The notes: generated from the sequence alone by a model not told the origin. A stretch of 64,000 bases of DNA from Macrostomum lignano (GCA_002269645.1 NIVC01000172.1:684692-748691), one strand, 5' to 3'; positions 12,470-24,399 are shown, numbered from the stretch's first letter. A program made the numbers and translations.

Positions 12470-14270
12470 CGCGGATAGGTCCCTGTGAATGGAATCAGCC
12501 CAGTCATCGATCTGACGATTGATGACCGTAGAAGAGATACAAGATACCTAGGGACCTAGGAGAGGGTCAAAGGGAATCGAGAAGAGATATAGGAGAAAGG
12601 AGAGGTGGTGGAATAAAGAAGAAAGGAGATGACATAGACAGGACATGTAGGGACCATGCAGGGGTTCAGGACCTAGAAAAGAGCCAGAGCTGCCCCTCTT
12701 GGCGAGGGTATCTGCCAACTCGTTCCCCGGAAACCCTGCCTGTCTGGGATCCACTTCAGCCTGACAGTATTGCTACTGGTCAAGGAGGTTGGGCTGCCGC
12801 GGGCGCAATCAGCAACCGTCCGGGAGTTGTTAGGGGTGTAGCAAAGGGCCGCTTGGCTGTCAGAATGGATAAAGATAGTCTCTCCTCTCGTACCCTTGAC
12901 ATTCGGCTCTGCGGCATAGGAGCTGATATCAAGGACTTAATTCGTTTTGAAAGACCGTAGAGAGTCTGCCAGTGTGCTGGGTGGGCATGCGTCAGGGCAA
13001 TGACGCAGCCGTTGTTGATGATGCAGACCCCAAAGCCGACGTAGCCGTCTCTCATGGACTACTTAATTGTCCGCGAGCCGTCTTTTGTGGAGGGATCCGT
13101 CCGTGTAACAATGGACCTCCTGGATAGGATGGAGACCTTGTAGCGCTGAAAGAGGATGAGAGTGCGGGGTTCGCCGTCAGATAATACGTGGAGCCCTCCG
13201 CCGTCTATCCAGTCTTTGAGGCAGAGGTTGGCGTGAGGCAAGAGCTTGCGCTTAGCCATAGTCCTATGGGGCAGGAAACGCGAATGCCGGAGTCAATCAG
13301 ACGACGGGCAGTCTTAATTATAGCCGCTTCCCTTGCGGACAAAGACGTCCAGCGAAGGAATGTTGAGGCCATCATAAGAAGCAGACGGTGGCGCTCATGA
13401 TCATGCGGCGTGCGCTCCTTTGCGTTCTCCTGAGAGTCTCTTAGGCAGGACGTCTTCCTCTGCAGGGCGCTAGCCCAAATCAGGCCGCCGTACGAGATAG
13501 CAGGCCTAACCGTTGCAGTGTTGTAGATCCACCAGAGGCGCTTAGGGGTGAGCCCCAGGTGGTACTGACGGCCCTGCGCAGCTGCGCGAGAACTGCGAGG
13601 GCCCTCTTTGCTTTTGTCTGAACGTGGGTGACCAGTTCAGCCTGTGGTCCAGGGTAATCCCTAGACATTTAGTCTGCTTGCAGAAGAGGATTTCCCTTCC
13701 GTAAAGCGTGAGCGGCCGAATCTGCCACTTGGTCCTGCTGGTGAACATGATCGCTGCGGTCTTAGTCTCAGAGAGCTTTAGACAACAACGATCCGCCCAC
13801 TGCTTGTTCAGCGGCGTAAATGAAATTCTGAAGACGGAGACGGATCAGACGCCACCGCGGTGACATCGTCCACATCATATCGTACTTTCAGAACGGGGTC
13901 TGGCCGAGCATCCCGTAGGAGCTCATTGATAACCATATTCCAGAGAACTGGAGACAGCACCCACCTTGAGGGCTACCTTTGCAGACGGGACCGTCCTCTG
14001 ATAGCCCAGCAAACTGGCGGCGGTCGTGCGATGGTACATGATCCACCTGGTGAGATGTGAGTGCGTTTGCCTCTCACAGAGGGTTCTTCGGAACGCCTCG
14101 AAGAGGACGTTATCGAAGGCGCCAATGATCGATGTCCCAGGAAGATCCCAGAACGAAGCCGTTTTCAAGCACGGCCTTCTCTAGTGTATGGACCAGGACG
14201 TGTAGCGCGCCTTCGGTGGAGCGACCCGCCCGAAAAGCTTGCTGGTTTTTGCTGAGAGGCTTAATTCTTC
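12470..14270 (-). pseudogene. Degraded non-LTR retrotransposon (RT + RNase H, I/R1/LOA-like group)
   Basis: Frameshifted fragments IIGAFDNV, GSPQGG(V)LSPVLWNMVINELL, LSETKTAAIMFT, KCLGITLDHRLNW, and RNase H end AGFPGNELADTLAKRG...FLGPEP. Confidence 0.8.
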
Positions 14271-15118
14271 AGCTCCACAGAGAAGGCGCCAGAGTACCAG
14301 TCTCTCTCTCCATCTGCTTGACCATAAAAGTTTACTCTACTCATTTCATCATACTTAAGTTATCATTTTACTTTTATTTATTTTTTTTTTGGAGTAACTC
14401 AAAACAAAAAATGTTATGTAGTTACGTACATGTATGTTTAACACAGGGTAAAATTATATAACAAGTTAAATAAAAATGTTGAAGCTCAAATATTCGTCCT
14501 TAGCTGCATGAAAAAAAAACTAAAAAATCGTCATTTCGGATTAAAAATATCTTTTTAAAGAAATAATTCTAGCTAATGTCTTCAGGTCATTACCGCACGT
14601 AAAATAACAAAAATTAATATAATGTCACTACTAATATTTACTAGTATATAGGATTCAAAAGTAAATTTTATAAAGACATGATGCTTTTTAAATTAACAGG
14701 TTGTAAAAGAAACTTTGGCAACTGTAATCAGAAAAAAAATAATAAGAAATCAATTGTAGCTACCTAATTAAGTCTTAGTTGTCATAAAAAAGCTAATTTT
14801 TTTAGACAAAAAATTGATCCGAGAATATCTTGTTAAACAAATTGTTGTTAAACTCTGTTATATCAGCGTTTCTTCAGCTAGTTGTGGGACGATGGAGCCA
14901 GTAAGTGTCATAGAAAAAATGCGAGCGAAGCGAGAATTTTTTCTATGGTGCTTACTTTTGCGAAATAGTCCCTGATAAGATGTGCAACAGATGTGACACA
15001 CTAAAAATGACGTTTTTCAACTTTTAAACGCTGCGCATAAAAAACGGTACGACCGATTTAGAAACAGTTTTTGCCAAAATGTGTCAAAAACCTAGCGCTA
15101 TCGGATGCACAATAGTTG

Positions 15119-15155
15119 GTTGCCATGGCAACGCGTTTTGGTTGCCATGGCAACC
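15119..15155. promoter_or_regulatory. Two perfect RFX X-box-like palindromes GTTGCCATGGCAAC
   Basis: Exact 14-bp palindromes at 15119-15132 and 15141-15154. The sequence matches the RFX consensus, but function is not shown. Confidence 0.4.
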
Positions 15156-15775
15156 AAAAACTGCGTTTTTTTGACATTGTCAAAAAATTTGATCTCAAAA
15201 AATAAGGATTGAGAATATGGCAGCGCTTAGCGAGTGGGCTCAGCAGACGCGGGCATTCGAACGCTAAAATGATCCGAAACGGATTTTTTTATTGTACTTT
15301 ACCTTCTAAGGTAAAAGTACAAAAAACATGTTTTTTGAGGTCGAAAAATTGGCATTTTTTTTTACTTTGCCTTACCGCAGCGAAAAGGACGCGCTTTCGC
15401 GCGGCCTTTGAGCTGCCTCCTAGCCTTAAAAACACTTAAGGCTGTTTGATGCGCTAATTTTTTTTCGGCTAAAATGTACTTTTCACATGGCTGCCTATCT
15501 GCACTTTAAAAGTACAAACTTTTAGTGCACTTTTTAGAGGCCTATCTCGTCGAGATGGAAAAGTTTATTTTTGCTGTTTTGTATACCAAATAACTCAAAT
15601 GGATGTCTTCTATTCGGAAACATTGAGATTTGGCCGATTGGGCCATCAATAACCTGCCTAGGTGCCAAAGAGTGCCTAAAAACGACATTTTCGAAAAATT
15701 GGGTCACGTTTTCAAAAAGTAGTCCCCAAAAATAAGGAAGCGTTTTATGCTACGGTGTTGAGACTTTAACACGAC

Positions 15776-18700
15776 GTGTCAAACATATGGAGATTTCCGT
15801 CCGTTTATTTTCAACGGCAAAGTGATGCATCATGCCATCGATGTCTTCGAGATTCTGGAAAGCCTAAGCTGTTTAGTGACGAAAATAATGCCAATCCAAT
15901 GTGTGAGCAGCCGGAAGAACTACGCGATTTGTCAGTTGCGGAGCAAATGTTGATTTCGCCGATATTGTCTGTTATTGTAGTCTATCGGTTGTTTCCGCAA
16001 GGCCAGCATGCTTCGAGAGGGCATGGAATCATGTTTCCGCAGGATCAGGCAAGCGTTGTGAGAGAATTGCCGAGACGAACTCTACCTGTGGTGCTGATGT
16101 ATGACAAAAAGCTGCAAAACAATCCTGGCAGTACAGTTACGGGAGCGATGAACAATCTGCGAGTGAGACGCGACAAGGTGTTGAATGCAATCAGGTATCT
16201 GATTGATAATAATCAATATTTTCAACGATTTTCTGTCGGTATTGATCGCGAAGCGTTGAATTCGTTGCCAGAGAATGGATATGCGCAGCAAATCAATGAA
16301 ATGGTTAATCAAATGGACACTCAAGATGTCAATGTTGATCTGGATGCGGCTGAAGAGGAAGCCAGGCAACCAGATGAAGATGAGCAAAGGCAACAAATGG
16401 AAGAAGCTCAGTTGGAAGAGACGACAAGCGCTTTGCTGAATACGCCATTGCGTCGTTTGGAAGTAAAGATTCGCGATCGTTTGCTAGAAGAGAAATTGCA
16501 ATGGCCAAGATCGAGCCGAGTACCGGTGAATGAATTCGAACAGGAGGGCTTGTTTAGTCTGGCCTATCCGCACCTATTTCCTGACGGCAAAGGCGACAAC
16601 AAGACTCCGCGAGTGCGTTCGATAAGCCTGGGCGACTATGCGAAGCATTTGATGCAGTTTCACTGCCCGAGATTTCGTTGCGATCCTCGCTTTCGCTTTT
16701 TCATTGAGAACATGGTGATGCGATGGAGAGCATTGGAAGTTGGACGAGTATTTGTGCACGACAAGAATTTGGCTGGCTTAAGTGCGCCAGAGATGCTGGA
16801 GAAGCTGAAAGACCCAGCGGTGATGTCCAGCGTGTCAGCCAGAGCATCAGAGTTGCGTGGAACAGCCAGCTATTGGCAAAGCAAGCGTAGACAATTGGAA
16901 GCAATGATTAAAACAATTGGTTTGCCGCACTATTTTGTGACGTTATCCGCGGCGGATATTCAGTGGCCAGAGTTGTTGCAAGCTTGGCAAATCGAAGAAG
17001 ACGTCGACAATGATAATTGGCAAGAAATCCGAGACGAGTTGCGTTCCAGACTGCAAAAGGATCCTGGCATGGCGGATACTGTGTTTTGGATTCGTTTTGA
17101 ATTGTTTTTGCAAAGATTTTTTGTTGAGCACTGGAAAGTAAAGGACTTTTGGTTTCGTATCGAGTATCAGAGTCGAGGAAGCCCGCATGTTCATGGCTGC
17201 GTTTGGATGCCGGACGGAGTGGATGTGACTTCGGAATCCTTGCAAGCAGAAGATTTGGTTGCCTTTGTGGACAAGTACATTTGCAGTTGGAACACGTGCA
17301 TGGACGAATCAGATAGCGGTCGCGAAATTTCGTCTGGCGGAGTAGGAGCGGAGCCGGCTCGATTGAAGCCGTCCGAAATTAAGGACGATAAAGCTGATTT
17401 GCAAGCACTTCTTCACAACAACATGAGGCACTCAAGGTGCAGTAATCGGTGCCTACGAAAGGAAAAGAACGGCTCTATGAAATGTCGATACAAATATCCG
17501 CGAGATACGCAGACAAAGACTGTCGCCAAAAAGCTGTCGAGTTTAAACTGGAAGGTTGAGACGCAGCGCAACGACCAATATATTGGCATGTACAATCCTC
17601 AAGTACTGTGCATGTGGAGAGCTAACCTAGACATTCAGATGATTTCTTCGGCCAAAGATTTGATTCGCTATTTGATCAAGTATGCAAGCAAAGGAGAGAA
17701 GGAATCGGAGCAGTTGCAAGAGTTGAATCGTCGCTATCTTTCTATGGAGCAGCAACCGCCGGAGTCAGTGGACATTGATAATGCAGCAGAAAATGATAAT
17801 AACCAGCAGCAACAGCAGCATGACGAGTATAGCCGAACAAATACTGCACGTCGCATTGTTCAGCAGCACTTGATGATGCAAGTTGGAGCGCGCGACTATT
17901 CAGCACAAGAGGCTATGCATCTGGTATTACAGACACCGATGTACAAGGCGTCGCGAGAGTTTGTCTACGTTCAAACTGGCGAGACTAGAGCGATTGAGAG
18001 TCGAGGCGTTTGCAAGAATAGTATTGAAAAGTACGCAAATCGGCCGGCACAATTGGAGAATGAGACAATGTATCGATTCTTTTCGGACTATATTCCCCCG
18101 ATGCGTCAACAAAGACGCGGTGGTGAACAAGTTGCCGTCTACAAGAAGCGACTAGCGGGCAAGGAAGCAGTTTTGATTGTGAGTCCGTTTTTGCGCTCAA
18201 CAGAAAGCGACGATAAACGGCGCGAACAATACTATCGGCAGCAGGTACTACTGTGGAGCTGTTGGCGAACCGAAGAGCAAGCAAAGGGATCGCATGCAAG
18301 CTGGCGCGAGGCATACGAGGCGATGATGCAAACGGAAGCGTGTCAGCTGGTTGTGCGCGATTTGGACGACCTGCGCAACGATGAAGCCGACGAGGAGGAA
18401 CGCGAAGCAGTCGCCGATTTGCCAGACATGACTGCCGCGAATGCCGAATCAGTTGCTGGTCCAGCTTATCCGGAGCGTCAGCAAGAGGATTGGATGGCAG
18501 CACTGGGTGCAAAGCATGCGGACATTCAGCTGAATGTCAACAAGAATCCGGAAGACACTCTGCCAGTTGCGCCAGAAGGTTTCGATTGGAGTGCTGCTTC
18601 AGATTGGCAATTTCCGAGTCTGGCAGAGGCAAAGCAGTTTTTAATGACCGAACTGACTAAGCCTGTTAGACGTGTAGCTGGAATTACCATCGAAGATGGT

Positions 18701-19936
18701 GCAGGCGCTAATCGTCAAACGATTGACGTTTCACTGCTGAATGAGAGACAGCGGAAGCTCTACGACATGATTGACAATCAATTGAAGCTTGAACAGCTGG
18801 CCGAAAGTGACACTACTAACAATAGTACTGAGTCGGAAAAGATGCCTCCACCACTGCGAGTAATTTTGTATGGCAGCGCTGGAACAGGCAAGAGTTTTCT
18901 GATTGCTGCACTACGAAAATTGATTGGCGAGGACAAGTGCAAAGTAATGGCACCGACTGGTGTGGCTGCGTTCAACATTGCTGGCGAGACACTGCATTCA
19001 GCGTTGAAGTTGAACGTAAAGTTTTCGACTACGGCGTGTACTACTAATGCTGACGGTTCAACGACTTCGGGCAGCAGCAAGGCATTGTCAGACATGCAAT
19101 CGGTATGGTCAAACGTGCGCTACATAATCATTGACGAGTTTAGCATGGTTGGCCAAAGGACACTGGCAAAGGTGCACAACCGTCTGTGCGAACTGTTTCC
19201 TGAGGAGAAGCGAGACACGCTTGAAGAAGGATATTTCGGCGGACGGTCAATCATTTTGGTTGGCGATGTGTTTCAGCTGCCTCCCGTGCAAGACAAACAG
19301 CTGTATGTGTTTAACAAGAATGCCAAAGATAATTTGACACCGATTGGCTATCAAGTGTACCAGAGTTTCAAAACGGTTGTTTATCTAAACAAGCAGGTGC
19401 GTCAAGCAAATGACACAGAGTTTGCCAGCATTCTAGAGTCTCTTCGCGAAGGCAAAGTAACCGAAGCCATTTGGAAGACTGTAATGGACAAGTGTCAAGT
19501 AGCAGCTGCAGACATGCTACCGCTAGATGTTGATGGCAAATGCACGCTATTGTACCACACAAATGAAGATGTGTCTAATGCCAATTGTGAGGAGCTGCGA
19601 AAAATTGTCGATGATAACAATCCGGTGCGGATAATCAATGCAACTTGTACTGGAAGGCAACCGCTGACTGGCAACAATGCTGATAATAGCAAGCAGAAAT
19701 CGGAGACAGGCCTAGCCAGGCGACTATTTCTGGCGATTGGAGCACGCGTGATGTTGACTCGGAACCTATCTGTGCAAAATGGCCTGGTGAATGGCTCGGT
19801 TGGTACGGTTCGTGGCATCTGCTATGCAAATGGAAAGAAGCCGCCAAATGATTTGCCCGATTGCGTTTGGGTTGAATTCGAGCGCTACAATGGCCCGGCA
19901 ATGCAAGCCATGCGGCTGACCAGAGGAGATGGTAGT

Positions 19937-19968
<32 letters not shown>

Positions 19969-20314
19969 GTGTGCGTCATCAGTTTCTGTTGTGCCAATTC
20001 TGCCAGTGTCGAGCCAGTGGCTTCATCGAGGCGCCAGCTTGTCGAGACATCAGTTTCCGCTGAGGCTAGCCTGGGCAATCACTATTCACAAGTCGCAAGG
20101 CCTAACGATTGACAAGGCGTTTGTACAGCTGGGTAAGGGCCGCAAGTCGCCGCCAGCAGGTCTGTACTACACTGCCGTGAGTAGAGTTCGTGCCTTGTCT
20201 GATCTGTTTGTTACCTGTTGCGATTTCGTTAGATTTCAGCGCCTATTTTCTACAGGTGGTATTCTGGCACAGGTAAATGAGCAGAAGCGTTTATTAGCTT
20301 TGTGCGAGAAATGA
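15776..20314 (+). CDS. Helitron Rep-helicase (HUH endonuclease + PIF1 helicase)
   Basis: Uninterrupted 1512-codon ORF; first in-frame ATG at 15899. HUH motif RIEYQSRGSPHVHG, catalytic YLIKY, and PIF1 motifs GSAGTGKS, IIDEFSMVG, GDVFQLPPV, QFPLRLAWAITIHKSQG, YTAVSRVR. Confidence 0.95.
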
Positions 20315-20413
20315 GCCAGCAGCAATTGGCGTTGTTGATATTATAGTAATGTAGTTATTAGTCACTCCGTATTGAGTGGGTTTTACGCGCAGCGAAAATC
20401 TAGCGTTGACGTT

Positions 20414-21445
20414 CTACACAGCAGACATGGCAATATTGCGTTTATTTACATCACTACTAGAAAGTAGTCGCCTACCATGCAAGGTTAGATTTTTCTGCGC
20501 ATAATCTTATGCCTATTGTCAACGCTAGTGCATGGTGGGCCAGGATTTTAGAAATTTATTATATAAGTCGTTGAAAATGGAATTCCATTCCATTGCCTAG
20601 CCTCATTAATTATGAGTGTCAAGGCGGTCTACTGTGCATGTGGTTGCTCTTGTTTAGCACAAATTCTCTTGAATTCTGCAGGCTGTGATAATTTCAGCAT
20701 TATTCAGCAGACAGAAAAGTGTGTTAAGCATTCGCGCCTTAGAAGGTGGGCAATCGTGAGGTGAAAAGCTTTCCTAGCTGTGATATAGTATACTGTTCGG
20801 ATAGATAGGTTTATGCACAGTAGGCAATGCAGTACTGCGGTATATAGCTTAGGAAAGTTGAAATGTGTGCCAAATGATTAAATAATTGCCTCTGCTCATT
20901 AAGTATGGGCAGTATGGCGGTCTACTGTGCACTTTATTCGCCCTTGTGTGACACACCACTATTGCGTTTTGCCTCCTGATAATGTGACAGACACTATTCA
21001 AACGTTATCCAGTTAACAAGATGCGTGTCACTCATGCGCCTTAGAAGGTGGGCGTTCGAATTTCATAAAGTCTATACTAGAATTGCCGACGATAGTGCAC
21101 AGTAGACAATGCAGTACTGCGGAGATACGACTCTCGATTATTTGCCTAGACTCATTAGGTATGAGTACTATGGCGGCTTGCTATGCACGTGGTTGCCTTC
21201 AGGTGGGCAATCGATTTTATGGTTTAAATACCCAGAACTTTAATGTCGGCCTTAGTTTGTGCATAGCAGGCACTGCAATATTGCAACGGCCTATGGCCTA
21301 CGTAGGAAACAAATTGCCGTGGCTCATTAGAATGAGTTCATTGGCGGTCTGCTGTGTAGGTGGTTGCACTTGGGCAGCAGCACAGTATACTGTTGTATTC
21401 AGCATGCAGAAAAGCGTGCTGCCCATTCGCCTTAGGCGTGCAATC
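20414..21445 (+). other. Array of four covarying structured non-coding modules (RNA or ssDNA structure)
   Basis: Four 13-bp arm pairs, four CTCAT-loop-ATGRG hairpins and four GCARTAYTGC palindromes at fixed 3-nt spacing, with compensatory substitutions between modules (see findings). Confidence 0.7.
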
Positions 21446-22582
21446 GTTATTATTAATCTATTGGTGAATTGGCTGCGCGTAACATCGCCCGCAAAATGTG
21501 CAGTAAAGGTCCGTCAAAGTGTGAGCGGCATCGTTTGGCATTGCTTTGATATTGCTTAAAGAAATAATAGTTTGCCTACCAAACAAAAAGGCTATTTTAA
21601 TTTTGAAATATCTATGATTGATAAAATATCCTCTTCTACCGATTAGCTATTCGATGCACGACGCTTTTAGTTTTAGACACAGTCTTTTATTTGAAAAATA
21701 TTTTAAACAGCTGCTTTATGAACAATTATGAATACAACTGTGTCTAATTATGGACTTATCACGCAAAGTTGCCCTGCCTTATCCAGGCATGCAACGTGAT
21801 CATCTGTTTACTGCAAAGTCGTATCCAATGGCTTCACGAGCCTGCGGGTGTTAAGCCGTTCTTTAGAAGTCAAGAGTCTATAATAGTTTTTATGTTCTGT
21901 GAAACATGTTAAAACTCTTGTCTCTAAATTTTGGCAACAGAATTGGAACGACGCAAGTGTATTTAATGACTTTTGATTAGTTTTAATCCACTATTAGACT
22001 ATACATAACTTTGAAATTTAAGTATTGTAAAGTAAAGGTAACTTAAAAAATTTTCTATTCACTAATTTAATTAACTAAGTAGACCACATAAACGAATAAA
22101 AATTATAATATATTATTCCTTCAAAATTTGTTATACTAGATTATACAAGACCTAGTTTTACTAGGTCTCGGTCTTTTCAGATTTTTGTGTGTGAAATGTT
22201 TTTATACCTTTTTAGACGCTTACGATGAATAAAATGCTTAGTATGATGCAATGTTTGTCAGAATCAGAATTCAGTCAGTCAGTTTTTTTCTCTATAATTC
22301 TTACAATGCATTTCTCGTGGAAAGGGCTACTTGACCTTTGCATAAAAGTATTTCTTTTTACCTTATTATCGTTTTAGCATTGACCAATTTCTTAGCCACG
22401 ATACATGTACCCTCACGGAAAAATTTCTGATCTAATAGTGCCAGTTTGAAGAAAAGCGGTTCACACAATGTCAAGTTAAGCCAAAATTCGTATAGATAGA
22501 TACATAGGTTGGTAGATAGTTCTATTTTTAGTATAACTGAATGATGATGATTAGTCATTTGGTTTGTATTTTCTGCTTTCAG

Positions 22583-23330
22583 ATGTCGAATTTTTATTTT
22601 TATTTCGGCCGCGATGGCGGCCCTGCCGGTGGCGGCGGTGGCGGCCATGGCGGCGGTGGCGGCCTCGGCGGTGGCGGCGGCGGTGGCGGCCATGGCGGCG
22701 GTGGCGGCCGTGATGGTGGCGGCCGTGATGGTGGCGGCCGTGATGGTGGCGGCCGTGATGGTGGCGGCCATGGCGGCGGTGGCGGCCTCGGCGGTGGCGG
22801 CGGTGGCGGCCGTGATGGTGGCGGCCGCGGCCATGTCGGCGGTGGCGGCGGTGGCGGCCGTGATGGTGGCGGCCGCGGCCATGTCGGCGGTGGCGGCGGT
22901 GGCGGCCGTGATGGTGGCGGCCGCGGCCATGTCGGCGGTGGCGGCGGTGGCGGCCGTGATGGTGGCGGCCGCGGCCATGTCGGTGGTGGCGGCCATGGCG
23001 GCAGTGGCGGCGGTGGCGGCCATGGCGGTGGCGGCCGCGGCGGTGGCGGCCATCCGGGTGGCGGCGGTGGCGGCGGTGGCGGCCATAGCGGCAGTGGCAG
23101 CCGCGGCGGTGGCGGCGGTGCCGGCAGGCGAAGTTATCGTGAGTAAAGCTTACACTAAATTTTCAATTTTAGCAGTCTAAAAACAAAAAATTGTTGTTAA
23201 AATTATTGCATTTTCTACATCATCTTAGTTAACGTAAGCAACCTTTTTTCCAAATTTTAAATTTGTAGGATGTTATCGATGCAAAGTTCTCGGGCACCTT
23301 GCCCGAGAATGCAAAATAATACGGCGCAAC
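22583..23330 (+). CDS. Glycine/RGG-rich protein with a CCHC zinc knuckle (exons 22583-23138 and 23269-23330; possible further Ala-rich exon 23535-23819)
   Basis: GGGGRDGGGRGH repeats. A phase-1 GT-AG intron (23139-23268) joins in frame to CYRCKVLGHLAREC (CX2CX4HX4C). Confidence 0.6.
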
Positions 23331-23817
23331 GTAAGTTTATGTGCAAACGTATTTGTTTACTCTCATCACAATATACTAAATCACTAAGATCTGTCTGTCT
23401 GTCTTTAATGTCTAAATCCTTTAAAGACTTTATAGCTGCAAAAGCTTGCGTTTTAATTTTAAGCACACAAATTTGTGAGTAACCGAATCTGATAATAAAA
23501 TTAATATTAAATTTAATTTAGGCCCTTGCTACAGCTGCTTCCTGCTGCAGCTGCTACTGCTGCAGCTGGTAGTGCGCCGACTGCCCGTGCGGCAGCAGCA
23601 CGTGCGGCGATTGCACGTGCTGCTGCCGCACGGGCGGCAGCTACTCCAGCTGCGGCTGCTTCTGTCGTGCCGACTCCTCCTGCCGTCCCGACTGCTCCTG
23701 CCGTCCCGACTGCTCCTGCCGTCCCGACGTCTGCTGCTGCTGCTGCCTCTCATGATTCTGGGACTGGGGCTGGGGCTGGGGCTGGGGATGTGGCTGGGGG
23801 TAGGTGCGTTGTGCAAT

Positions 23818-24312
23818 AGTGTTGGGCACTGTATTGATTAGCGATTCTAGAGGTGGTTTATGACCGATTCTAGGGGTGGTTTATGAGCGAGTCTAGGGGT
23901 GGTTTATGACCGAGTCTAGGGGTGGTTATAACCGATTCTAAGGGTGGTTTATGAGCGAGTCTAGGGGTGGTTTATGACCGAGTCTAAGGGTGGTTTATGG
24001 CCGATTCTAGGGGTGGTTTATGAGCGAGTCTAGGAGTGGTTTATGACCGAGTCTAGGGGTGGTTTATGACGATTCTAGGGGTGGTTTATGACCGATTCTA
24101 GGGGTGGTTTATGACGATTCTAGGGGTGGTTTATGACCGATTCTAGGGGTGGTTTATGAGCGATTCTAGGGGTGGTTTATGACCGATTATAGAGATGGAT
24201 TATAGAGATGGTTTATGACCGATTCTAGGGGTAGTGTTAGTGATAAGTCTTTACCCTTATTAAGGTGTATCAACGGATCACTGCTTATTATAAGACTACA
24301 GTGCCCAACACT
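23818..24312. mobile_element. hAT-like MITE carrying an internal 23-bp tandem array
   Basis: 16-bp perfect TIR AGTGTTGGGCACTGTA (23818-23833 / 24297-24312). Array CTAGGGGTGGTTTATGACCGATT at ~23845-24232. No TSD seen. Confidence 0.6.
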
Positions 24313-24399
24313 GCCAATATGCACGGGACAATAGGGTACGCAACTTTTAATAATTATCAGCTGTTAATAGTATGAAATTTTGCATACTAGAGATGCATG

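Larger units (their letters stand above)
14901..22170 (+). mobile_element. Autonomous-type Helitron (Helitron2/Helentron-like); termini tentative
   Basis: Rep-helicase ORF. Candidate terminal structures are a hairpin with a GCGAGCGAAGCGAG loop at 14901-14955 and a 9-bp-stem hairpin AGACCTAGT-TTT-ACTAGGTCT at 22148-22168. Confidence 0.5.

Noticed and set aside
20414-21445. Hammerhead or twister ribozyme identity for the structured modules
   Set aside because: I found no CUGANGA/GAAA core on either strand and no consistent twister core by eye. An Rfam search is still needed.
22358-23180. Ala-rich ORFs overlapping the Gly-rich gene
   Set aside because: Alternative frames of the GGC repeat; only the Gly frame splices in phase to the zinc knuckle.
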